A stretch of DNA of 30,130 nt from an uncultured Candidatus Poseidoniales archaeon (GCA_964470075.1 CAYYAH010000001.1:1-30130); one strand, 5' to 3'. Counted from the stretch's first letter, positions 1-8,373 are shown. Numbers and translations are program-made. The notes: generated by a model not told the origin, from the letters alone.

Positions 1-3000
1 TATCATCATCGGGATCGCTAGCATCCTGTATCCTGTCTCCATCCGTATCGAGATAGCAATCGTTGCTGGAAATCGCACCCTGCTGCAAGGTTATGTGGTT
101 CTCTGGGCAATCCTCGTAACCAGTGTTCCCAGACCCTATGACGTAACTGTCGAGTGGTGCAGGAGTCTGTTCCGACTGTCCTTCAGTTGAAACGTAGTAT
201 CCCGGGCTAGAGTCATCGCAAGAGAGTTGGCCGGGCAAGTCTTGGTATGTCCCGGGGCTGCAAGCGGTCTGGGATGCGCTGGCCTGCTTGTCTACGAAAT
301 ATCCCGGATCAGCGGGCATGCAATCTGCTGCACTGCCTGAAGATTGAGATGGGTTGTAGGTGCCAGCCGGACATGCTGACTGAGAAGTCGAAGCGAGAGA
401 GGAAACAAAGTAACCTGGATCTGCTTCCAAACAAGCTGACTGGGCCGAGTTTGGCTGATAGGTTCCCAGCGCACACTCAATCTGCTCTGGCGTTCCCCAC
501 TCGCCGGCGTAGTGGCCCGGTTCTACATCCATGCAATCATCTCGGTCATCAGAGCCTGTCTCCGGATTGTATGTTGTTGGAGGGCACTGCTTCTGTGTGT
601 CAGAAGCGATGCTGTCGACATAGTTCCCCGGTTCAGCTAGTGTGCACGAAGACGAGCCTGCGTACTGCTGGAACGAACCCAATTGGCATTCCAACTGAGT
701 CTGATAGTTCGTCCCAGGAACATAGTGTCCGGGATCGGCCATGATGCACGAAGATTGTCCTATGCTCGGCTGGTAGGTTCCTTTTGCACATGGAATCTGA
801 TCTGCTGCGCCAGCCATCGGGACGTAGTTTCCTGCATCGGATGGCAAGCAGTCCGAGGCGGAAATTGATCCACTCTGGGGGTTGTACGTACCAATCGAGC
901 AGGCGTCCTGATAGGTTGAGCCAGGGGCACTAACGTAGTGTCCTGGGGATGCCTGATTGCAAGCCGTCTGCGAGGTGTTTGCAGTGTATGTTCCGGGCGT
1001 GCATGGAGTCTGTGAAATAGCACCTGGAGAGGATACGAAGTATCCGGCATCGGCCTCTAGACAGGAAGTCTGACCAGATGCTGGCTGATAATGTCCGGGC
1101 GTGCATGGAGTCTGGTATGATGATCCAGGATCCGGAACCGCATAGCCGGGATCTGCGTCCATGCAGTCATCAGCGGAAGAGGACCCAAGAGACGGATTGT
1201 ATGTCCCCGACGAACATGGAGTAGGAGAAATGGCTGCGCTGGTATCGACGTAGTGTCCTGATGGAGAATCGATACATACTGAGGCTCCGGAATTGGGCTG
1301 GAATGTTCCTAGATCACATGCCGTCTGATTGGCCGACCCTGTGCTCGGAACATAGTGGCCCGGGTCAGCAGCATTACACCTGTCGGATCCAAAGAGAGGC
1401 TGGAACGAGCCGATGTCACAAGGAGTCTGAGAGGTCGCAGCTATCGTGTTCACATAATGACCGGGGTCGGACGGAAGGCAGTGAGATTGGCCAGTGCTCG
1501 GCTGATAGCCGCCAACCTGGCAGGCTGTCTGATTGGTTGCTGCTGTAATAGAAACATAGTAGCCCGCAGAGGCATCTATGCACGATGATTGTCCGGTGTT
1601 AGGTTGATAGGTGCCGTAGTAGCATTCAGTCTGCGAGGCAGAGGCCGTAGTATTCACAAAGTGACCGGCATCAGCATCCAGACAAGCCGATTGAGCGATT
1701 CCTGGCTGGTAAGTTCCAATTGAGCAGGCCTCCTGACTGGTTGCTCCTGTGGTGTTGACATAGTGGCCCGGAGAGGCCGGGTTCTGGTCAGCAGCCGCGT
1801 AGACATCGACATAGTGTCCGAGTGTTGCTTGGATGCAATATGTTTGCCCAGGCGCCGACTGGAAATTTCCAGGGGTGCACGGATATTGTGTGGTCGAACC
1901 AGTCGTATTGACGAAATATCCGGGGGCTGCATCGATGCATGAAGACTGTCCAGTACTCGGTTGGAAATTTCCAGGAGTGCACTGGTAGTCGGTTACTCCT
2001 AACTCGGCCTCGATACTCAAGTTAGGGTCTCCGACCACAAATCCGTCCAATGTCGAGAATAGCCAAACTTGCAATTGGTACTGTCCAGTTCCATTCCACG
2101 GTGAGACGAGGATGTACAGCATAGAATCTGACGAGAAGTTGGTGTTGTTCGTCGAAGTCTCATCATACGCAGTCGTATAACTAGAATTAAGGAGATTGAG
2201 ATTCTCGTCATAGATCGCCAAATCAAAATCTGCACCTGATGGAGATGTCAATCCAACACTTATTCCTGAGTCTCTCGGGACACTCATCATGAACAGGTCC
2301 TGAAGGTCTCCACTGGAGTGGATTGTCCCGTTGTATAGGGCACTATTTGCTGAGATATTGAATGCCGATGAATTGTATGAACCTGCATCACCGAAGTTCA
2401 GGTTTGAGTAATTTCCTGCTGCGCTGTCGACGCACGAAGTCTGTCCCACCTGCTCTTGATACGTACCCGGGGAGCATGAAGTCTGAGATGTTGCTTGTAC
2501 CATAGAAACGTAGTTCCCTGCGGAGGAATCGTAACACAAATCGTAACCAGAGCTGGGTTGGTAGGTCCCTACCATGCATGGTCGGTGATATAGATCTCCT
2601 GTAATCGCAAAGTGGCCTGGCTCAGCCGGTGAGCAGGCCAGTCTACCCCAGTGCCCTGGATCACAGTTCATCCATCTAGTTGGGTTGTTTGGATAGGGGT
2701 CAGAGGCTCCTGAAACACCGTCTCCATCATCATCTCCAGTCATGTGAGTATCAAGGATATTGACTATGCCATCTCCATCCATGTCTTGGTCTGAGTAGGC
2801 TATATCAGCACCACTAGTGAAGTTCATCGTGTGAGGAGTTAGCAGATCATCGGTTGTGCCATCGAACTCACCTGCCTGCCTGCCCCAACACTGTACAGAG
2901 TAGTCATCGAGAATGGCACATGTAGAGTCTGTTCCCGCCGAAATTGCAATTGCAGTTCTACCGGAACTCAGGCTTGTATGGACTGGTGTGTTGCCGTTCT

Positions 3001-4405
3001 CTCCAGTGCACCCACTAGAGGCTATGACAGAGCTGCAGGTGCCATCTCCCCATTGCCCATAGGTATTGACTCCCCAGCAGTTGATGGATCCGTTATCCAA
3101 AATCGCACACATGTGAGACGAGATTCCATCGATTGCTTCTGCTGTTCTACCGGTTGGGATGTCAATATGCACTGAGCCATTAGTAACTGCTCCATTCAAT
3201 GCTGAGGATGTATAGGTCTGCCCCCAGCAGTAAATCGAACCGTTCTCAAACAACGCGCATACGCCGAATCCAGGCGTAGAGATGGCGACTGCTCTCATTC
3301 CAGTAGAATGATTGACTTCGACAGGAGTATTACTGTCGCTGGTGGTTCCGTCACCTAGATTTCCATAGCCATTGAATCCCCAGCACTTGACAGCACCTGA
3401 ATTAGTAATAGCGCAAGTGAAATCGGTTCCAGTCGATATGGCTACGGCGGTTGTGTTTGTTCCTAAATCGACGCTGACTGGAGAGTTTCTATTGGAGTTC
3501 GAACCATCCCCCAGTTGGCCTAGGTTGTTACGGCCCCAGCAGTTGACTGAGCCATCCGTGAGAATAGCGCAGTTGTGGTTGTTGCCGTTTGAAATCGCTG
3601 CGGTTTGGTGGCCTCCGAAGTTTACAGTGCCGTTTGACTGAGAAAAAGAGCCCAGTCCCAGTTGGCCGTAGTTATTGGGGCCTGTGCATCTGAGGCTGTA
3701 GTTATCGAGTAATGCACAGTCTCCGGCTAGTGACACCACATCGTCATTGGTGTAAACAGGTTGCCCACCGCCGGTGCCAGTAGAGAAGGTCACTCTAGTC
3801 CCATTGTTCAGGATTATGGTAGGCGAGCCTGAGTTCATTTCGAAGATGGAGTGGGTGAACACCGAATCTCTCTGCGAGCCAGGCTGATTGAAGCCTAAGG
3901 AAGGGGTCGAAGAGGTGAACTCCGATACGGTCCACGAGTCTGTGCCCCATGAATCTCCGGAGGTACCTCCGTTACCATTGGCGAAATTTACCGCAAGAAG
4001 GAAGGTCACATCTCCCGTACCGGTAGAAGGAGCAGTCCAATCAACTGTCCATGTTCTTGCGTTGGAATTTGAATGGGTGACCTCTCCACTTACTATCTGG
4101 GCATTGGTGCCCGGGTTGGAGAAAGTTCCCGTTGAGGCGTCCAAATTGAATCCGCCATTTGTACCGGAAACTCCTCCTGATCCTCCAATTGAAAGAGAGT
4201 AAACCGTTCCAGGAGTATAACCTGAGCTTGGTATGCCCGTGGTCAGTGTCGGAGTCACTGTGTTTGTGCTGCCATGGCAGCCTCCGCAGCCTGAGCTGGA
4301 AGAGCCAGTCTTGCCGGAACTGTTGGCAAAGACTCCCTCGGGTACAGCCAGCACCATTACCATCAGTATCATTATTACAATTGCTCGTTGTCCTGACTTC
4401 TCCAT
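1..4405 (-). CDS. Giant secreted surface protein, partial (runs off left edge, >1468 aa): signal peptide, choice-of-anchor-V/reeler-like domain with CxxCH, RCC1 repeats, DxDGDG Ca-binding repeats, ephrin-receptor-like Cys repeats, PPC-like domain
   Basis: Translated by hand from ATG 4405 (MEKSGQRAIVIMILMVMVLAVPEGVFA|NSSGKTGSSSSGCGGCHG) to base 2 with no stop. RCC1-type motifs CAILTDGSVNCWGRNNLGQLGDG and CAITNSGAVKCWGFNGYGNLGDG (about 3720-2840). DMDGDG/DDDGDG (about 2790-2710). GADFDLAIYD PPC-like block (about 2400-2050). Ends LDTDGDRIQDASDPDDD. Not in the ORF track. Confidence 0.93.
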   Translation of the reverse strand, partial: MEKSGQRAIVIMILMVMVLAVPEGVFANSSGKTGSSSSGCGGCHGSTNTVTPTLTTGIPSSGYTPGTVYSLSIGGSGGVSGTNGGFNLDASTGTFSNPGTNAQIVSGEVTHSNSNARTWTVDWTAPSTGTGDVTFLLAVNFANGNGGTSGDSWGTDSWTVSEFTSSTPSLGFNQPGSQRDSVFTHSIFEMNSGSPTIILNNGTRVTFSTGTGGGQPVYTNDDVVSLAGDCALLDNYSLRCTGPNNYGQLGLGSFSQSNGTVNFGGHQTAAISNGNNHNCAILTDGSVNCWGRNNLGQLGDGSNSNRNSPVSVDLGTNTTAVAISTGTDFTCAITNSGAVKCWGFNGYGNLGDGTTSDSNTPVEVNHSTGMRAVAISTPGFGVCALFENGSIYCWGQTYTSSALNGAVTNGSVHIDIPTGRTAEAIDGISSHMCAILDNGSINCWGVNTYGQWGDGTCSSVIASSGCTGENGNTPVHTSLSSGRTAIAISAGTDSTCAILDDYSVQCWGRQAGEFDGTTDDLLTPHTMNFTSGADIAYSDQDMDGDGIVNILDTHMTGDDDGDGVSGASDPYPNNPTRWMNCDPGHWGRLACSPAEPGHFAITGDLYHRPCMVGTYQPSSGYDLCYDSSAGNYVSMVQATSQTSCSPGTYQEQVGQTSCVDSAAGNYSNLNFGDAGSYNSSAFNISANSALYNGTIHSSGDLQDLFMMSVPRDSGISVGLTSPSGADFDLAIYDENLNLLNSSYTTAYDETSTNNTNFSSDSMLYILVSPWNGTGQYQLQVWLFSTLDGFVVGDPNLSIEAELGVTDYQCTPGNFQPSTGQSSCIDAAPGYFVNTTGSTTQYPCTPGNFQSAPGQTYCIQATLGHYVDVYAAADQNPASPGHYVNTTGATSQEACSIGTYQPGIAQSACLDADAGHFVNTTASASQTECYYGTYQPNTGQSSCIDASAGYYVSITAATNQTACQVGGYQPSTGQSHCLPSDPGHYVNTIAATSQTPCDIGSFQPLFGSDRCNAADPGHYVPSTGSANQTACDLGTFQPNSGASVCIDSPSGHYVDTSAAISPTPCSSGTYNPSLGSSSADDCMDADPGYAVPDPGSSYQTPCTPGHYQPASGQTSCLEADAGYFVSSPGAISQTPCTPGTYTANTSQTACNQASPGHYVSAPGSTYQDACSIGTYNPQSGSISASDCLPSDAGNYVPMAGAADQIPCAKGTYQPSIGQSSCIMADPGHYVPGTNYQTQLECQLGSFQQYAGSSSCTLAEPGNYVDSIASDTQKQCPPTTYNPETGSDDRDDCMDVEPGHYAGEWGTPEQIECALGTYQPNSAQSACLEADPGYFVSSLASTSQSACPAGTYNPSQSSGSAADCMPADPGYFVDKQASASQTACSPGTYQDLPGQLSCDDSSPGYYVSTEGQSEQTPAPLDSYVIGSGNTGYEDCPENHITLQQGAISSNDCYLDTDGDRIQDASDPDDD
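160..1981 (-). repeat. Coding tandem array of 17 Cys-rich units (34 or 37 aa; consensus CxxGTYQPxxGQxSCxxAxPGHYVxxxxxxxQTx)
   Basis: First-Cys codons start at 1981, 1879, 1726, 1624, 1522, 1420, 1318, 1216, 1105, 1003, 901, 790, 688, 586, 475, 373 and 262 (spacing 102, 111, once 153 nt). Two to three further units lie at about 2410-2670. Confidence 0.92.
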
Positions 4406-4408
4406 AAT

Positions 4409-4414
4409 ATCACC
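4409..4414 (-). promoter_or_regulatory. Shine-Dalgarno-like GGTGAT
   Basis: GGTGAT just upstream of ATG 4405, matching the archaeal anti-SD consensus (GGAGGTGA). Confidence 0.55.
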
Positions 4415-4439
4415 ATGCACTCTTGAGGCAAAGACGTTG

Positions 4440-4455
4440 GTCGGACATGTCCGAC
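4440..4455. promoter_or_regulatory. Perfect 16-bp palindrome GTCGGACATGTCCGAC, candidate operator
   Basis: Exact dyad in the intergenic gap, 35-50 nt upstream of the surface-protein ATG. Confidence 0.4.
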
Positions 4456-4530
4456 TGTTGTCAATTAGCAGAGGAGCGGTTATCTAGGCAATATGACTAT
4501 TCCTGCGTCTCGGACACTAATGCATCACTA

Positions 4531-6300
4531 CTAATTGCCCCTCCAGTAACCAGGTAATTCCAGCTGTGTGACCGCGAACGCTTGCTCGGTCGAAGAGAAT
4601 TTTCTCTTGATCTCTCGTGCGCGTGCGGATACCAGACGCCAAGCGCCCTTACTGCTGATTCCAGGAATCGATTGTAACTGGTGTTGTGTCGCTGTGTTCA
4701 CATCGAGCCCTAGTTCGACCCCGGTTATACTACGCTTACCGTGGCCTGTAACCATGATGTCAGATGATGTTTCGAGGGGGATTCTATAGGGAACTCCGAC
4801 AAGAATCGGATATGCTCCAATCTGTCGACCGAAGGTTACTCCGGGCTTCCCTCGGATGTCCTCATTCCGGTACTTCGGGTCGAGAACTTGTTCGGGCCTT
4901 CGTATTCGGTCATCTTGTGCCTCCCACCAGATTTCCCTGAGGATGGTCCCAGTGGGTAGCATCTCCTCTAGGAGAGGTGAATCAATTTCATTCCTGACCT
5001 CTCTTTTGAATTTCTTGAAGGAGTTCTCAGGTACCTCTTGGAAGCCCTGCCCCTCGACCTGTCTGATGTTTATTCTCCTAAGCCAGAGGCCCTCAGACCT
5101 CAGGGTTCTGAGGAGTTCCATATTCATCTGGTAGCTCGCCTCTGTCTCGCCATTCAATCCGGCGATGAAATTGAGTCCAGGGAGGAGTTTTGGAAGTCCC
5201 CTAGCTCCCCTACTTCTGCCGAAATCATTGATGTGTCTGACGGCAGTCTTGAGTTGCTCAGGGTTGCAGTTCAACCAGTTCTGTTCGTGTACCTCCGGGT
5301 CAGCCGACTCAAGTCCGAATGAGAGGACTGCTCCGTCAGATAGTGTGTCTACGAGTGTTCTGGTTATCTCAGTCGAAGGCTCAATGCTCTCAGCCACAAT
5401 TGAGGGATTTGCGTTATCGACATGTAGAATCTGAATCCTGTCGTCATCGCGCGCGCCATGCAGTACTTTTGCTATTGGTTCGGGATTTGGAATTGGGTAC
5501 TCTAACTCCTCTACTCCTTCCGCCTTGTAAGTGTAGATATCTGTAGCCCCTCCTATCCTGATATTGACGACTCCAGAATCCAATGCTGCTGTGATCTCTG
5601 TCAATACGTCTTCCTCGGAGCGCCATAGAGGCAAGCCCTTCTTCGGCTCGATACAGAATCTGCAGCCGCGTTTGAATCGAACGCATCCCTGATACAGTTC
5701 AATCTCGTAAGTCAGCGGACCTAATCTGCCATCTTCTGCTATCAGATCGGGATGGTCCGTTACGGCCCTAGAAGAGGCTCCTGAGAGTGCCCAATTAGAC
5801 CACTGCTCAGGAGTTCTCTTTCGGTGCTCCCAGATTCCTGTCGAGATGAAGTTATCGAGGGTCGCATCGGTGTCTTGGACGGCGCAGAACAGGTTGGAGC
5901 GTAATGGAGTCCAGCCGTCATACCTCCAATGACGTATAGCCCACCCTCCACACAGAACTGGTGAGGATGAAGGAATAATCGAAAGTACCTCGTCGAGTTC
6001 CTTTCGACTAATCGGAGTGCCTCTGACATATTTCCCAGGAACTATTGCCCCTGCAAGAATCACTGCACCGTCAAGTCCTGATAGTTCACTGCGTAGAGAT
6101 ATTCTTTCCTCCGGATTGGAGAGGCGTTCCTTGTGGTGCAGCCTCCACTGATCGATTGTCATGTAGTTGTAAGGAATTCCACGGGACTCCAGAACGCCGC
6201 AGATGTATCTGATATGAAAGCCAAGGTAGTTCGGGACTCCGAACGCAGCGGGCTCATCCTCGTATCCGTCTAGGACAAGCCAACCTTCCAGTTGTTCCAC
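4531..6300 (-). CDS. Radical SAM protein with C-terminal helix-hairpin-helix (COG1031-like)
   Basis: N-terminal LDGYEDEPAAFGVPNY; YEIELYQGCVRFKRGCRFC (Cx6Cx2C); GLESAD; TFGRQIGAYPILVG; HhH DVNTATQHQLQSIPGIS. GTG start. Confidence 0.88.
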   Translation of the reverse strand: MEQLEGWLVLDGYEDEPAAFGVPNYLGFHIRYICGVLESRGIPYNYMTIDQWRLHHKERLSNPEERISLRSELSGLDGAVILAGAIVPGKYVRGTPISRKELDEVLSIIPSSSPVLCGGWAIRHWRYDGWTPLRSNLFCAVQDTDATLDNFISTGIWEHRKRTPEQWSNWALSGASSRAVTDHPDLIAEDGRLGPLTYEIELYQGCVRFKRGCRFCIEPKKGLPLWRSEEDVLTEITAALDSGVVNIRIGGATDIYTYKAEGVEELEYPIPNPEPIAKVLHGARDDDRIQILHVDNANPSIVAESIEPSTEITRTLVDTLSDGAVLSFGLESADPEVHEQNWLNCNPEQLKTAVRHINDFGRSRGARGLPKLLPGLNFIAGLNGETEASYQMNMELLRTLRSEGLWLRRINIRQVEGQGFQEVPENSFKKFKREVRNEIDSPLLEEMLPTGTILREIWWEAQDDRIRRPEQVLDPKYRNEDIRGKPGVTFGRQIGAYPILVGVPYRIPLETSSDIMVTGHGKRSITGVELGLDVNTATQHQLQSIPGISSKGAWRLVSARAREIKRKFSSTEQAFAVTQLELPGYWRGN

Positions 6301-6336
6301 GGTAGGACGTGTAGGCTAGAGGTATTCACCGCTTCG

Positions 6337-7599
6337 CTAGTTTCGGCGGGGTCGACGTCGGCCACGGCCTCCACTTGGTTTGGATTCCTGGACCGTTATC
6401 TTGCGAGAATGAATCTCGGTGTCGTTGAGTTCTTTGATTGCAGACGTACCTTCTTTCTTGCTCGAAAAAGTGACGAATGCGAATCCTTTGGAGCGGCCAG
6501 TTTCCTTGTCTGTCGCGATATGAACGTCCTTGAGATTCCCATGGGCTGAAAATATCTCTCTGAGTTCGTCCTCGGTTGCATCGTAAGATAGTCCTCCTAC
6601 AAACAGCTTGGCTCCCATCGACTCCTCGGCCTTCGACCTAGCAGCTACCAGAGTCTTTCTCTCATTGGCTAGTTCTTCCTTAGTGGCCGTGCCTTCCTTG
6701 ACCTTGTCCATACAGTCTCTGCACCTGATTGGCTTGCCAGGAGTTGGTTTGAACGGAACTTCGGTCTTGGTTCCACAAAGAGTGCATGTTGTCGGGTGCA
6801 TCTCCCTCCTAGGTCTACCTCCTCCTCTGCCGCCACCTGCTTGGGCAGCTCGCTGGCGTCGGATAGACTCGGGAATCTCGTGAGACATTCCTCTGCGGTG
6901 ATCTGCTACTGGAGAAAGGTAGGGGCGAGCGCCGTCATGGCCCAACATCGCTTCAGCTTCGGCAGACCAACGGGCACCGGGGCGGTTGAGCGACTGGATA
7001 TCCTCACCGAGAGTGTGACCATGGCCGAAGCCGTTCGACAGAACTCGGAATCCAGTATAGTCGCAACGAGAACAAGTGACATTGAAATCTGGAGTCTCGC
7101 TACTGGCCTCGAGATCAAGTCCACACTGAGGACAGATGGCGTGTAAGACCCCTAGATTGGGGTCGTCGCGAGTTGTTGCCTTCATCATAGGTTCGAGTTC
7201 GGTTACACGGGCCCGGATGATGTCTCTCTTGCGCATCGCGTCGCCGGCAGAAGGAAGGAAACGGTCGACGAAATTGGTGACATAAATGTCCGCGAACAAC
7301 TCTTCTGCAGGGACATCTCTGTGGCCTCCTTCCTTGTCCTCAATGTGAAGAACTCTGACCTCTGCGGTCTTGGGATTGATTCGGTTGACTTCGGCGATGA
7401 TAACATCACCAATCTGAGGAGAATTGACAGATGGCCGAGAAGAATCTACAGAGATTGTGCCCTCACTGTGGACTAGGGTTCCTGTGACGATTGCTACTGA
7501 GCCCGATGAATCAGTGTAAATGCCATCTCCTGCATCTACTCCCTCAGGAATGACAATGCTTGAACCGGGCGTGACGAAGTCCCCTGACTCAGCAGTCAT
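6337..7599 (-). CDS. csl4: Exosome cap subunit Csl4 fused to CxxC-x17-CxxC zinc finger and RRM domain
   Basis: FVTPG N-terminus, S1 domain (PQIGDVIIAEV...DIIRARV), zinc ribbon LGVLHAICPQC..CSRC. Then CTLC-x17-CRDC, then RNP2 KLFVGGL and RNP1 RSKGFAFVTF. Start moved to MTAESG (7599); track start 7659 overlaps the upstream stop. Confidence 0.88.
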   Translation of the reverse strand: MTAESGDFVTPGSSIVIPEGVDAGDGIYTDSSGSVAIVTGTLVHSEGTISVDSSRPSVNSPQIGDVIIAEVNRINPKTAEVRVLHIEDKEGGHRDVPAEELFADIYVTNFVDRFLPSAGDAMRKRDIIRARVTELEPMMKATTRDDPNLGVLHAICPQCGLDLEASSETPDFNVTCSRCDYTGFRVLSNGFGHGHTLGEDIQSLNRPGARWSAEAEAMLGHDGARPYLSPVADHRRGMSHEIPESIRRQRAAQAGGGRGGGRPRREMHPTTCTLCGTKTEVPFKPTPGKPIRCRDCMDKVKEGTATKEELANERKTLVAARSKAEESMGAKLFVGGLSYDATEDELREIFSAHGNLKDVHIATDKETGRSKGFAFVTFSSKKEGTSAIKELNDTEIHSRKITVQESKPSGGRGRRRPRRN

Positions 7600-7655
7600 C
7601 GGCCCGCCGACCGGACAACCCCCTATGAACGGTCCGGCCGGGTTGAGCCGTAGGC

Positions 7656-8270
7656 TCATGGTGGCAATAGGCGCCAGAAAGCGGCTCTAGTCTTGCCTCT
7701 CTGTCTGCTGTGATGAGAATACGCTGCTGGCAGTGCAAAGTCGGCCTCGCCGTATCTCTCAACGGACCACCCGTGCTCCTCGAACAGAGGCTCGATGTGG
7801 CTTGACTCTGCACTATGCATGAGGTGCGAGGGTGTTCGAGCAGCTAGTATGGCATCGAGGAATGGGCGATCCGCCTTGGGAGATTGTCGACCCCATGGAG
7901 GGTTGCTGATTATGACGTCAACTGAGTCTAGCTCAATCGAATCGTTTCCAATACTGGCTTGAGTGACTTCAACCAAGTCGGTGAATCCCAACTTATCTGC
8001 ATTTTTACTAGCTATATCGCAGGCGGTCTGATCGACCTCAATCAGAGTTGTTCTCCCTGCACCGAGTGCGATGGCGCCCAAGCCGAGCACCCCATTCCCT
8101 GCTCCCAAATCAGCAACTGAGCAGCCCTCATGCAAGTCGCCGAAGGTGGAAATGTCGGTTAGCCATCGAGCAGCTAAGTCTCCATTGGTAGAGTATTGCT
8201 CGAGTTCGACCGATTGAAATTGAATTTGCTCGAGACTAGAGAGCAACATCGCCAGCCTCCTGACTCGCAT
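7656..8270 (-). CDS. METTL5-family (COG2263) N6-adenine RNA methyltransferase
   Basis: ELEQYST, SAM-binding DLGAGNGVLG, catalytic NPPW. Adjacent to csl4 as commonly seen in Euryarchaeota. Likely start MRVRRL (8270). Confidence 0.87.
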   Translation of the reverse strand: MRVRRLAMLLSSLEQIQFQSVELEQYSTNGDLAARWLTDISTFGDLHEGCSVADLGAGNGVLGLGAIALGAGRTTLIEVDQTACDIASKNADKLGFTDLVEVTQASIGNDSIELDSVDVIISNPPWGRQSPKADRPFLDAILAARTPSHLMHSAESSHIEPLFEEHGWSVERYGEADFALPAAYSHHSRQRGKTRAAFWRLLPP

Positions 8271-8373
8271 GATTACCGAAAGTCCGTCCCTCCTAAGAAC
8301 CAATTTAGAGTTCTGACTTAATTGGGCCTCTCATAGTTCAAATACTCCCGATTTCAATTATCTGTCGAGCCCG

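Noticed and set aside
1859-1872. 14-bp palindrome CTGGAAATTTCCAG
   Set aside because: Inside coding sequence (PGNFQ); expected by chance at this length.
160-1981. ~102-nt periodic DNA similarity resembling a CRISPR array or DGR
   Set aside because: Units are degenerate, preserve one reading frame and encode a protein repeat. There are no fixed repeats with unique spacers, and no cas or reverse transcriptase gene.
247-4487. Track ORFs in 247-4487 (e.g. 247..744, 1261..1548, 3888..4202), some Cys-rich
   Set aside because: Antisense or off-frame shadows of the single long minus-strand ORF.
7600-7655. GC-rich hairpin (CCGGAC...GTCCGG) upstream of csl4 as ncRNA or riboswitch
   Set aside because: Short stem in GC-rich DNA with no recognisable RNA family; the loop holds the probable TATA-like box (TTCATA, 24 nt before ATG).
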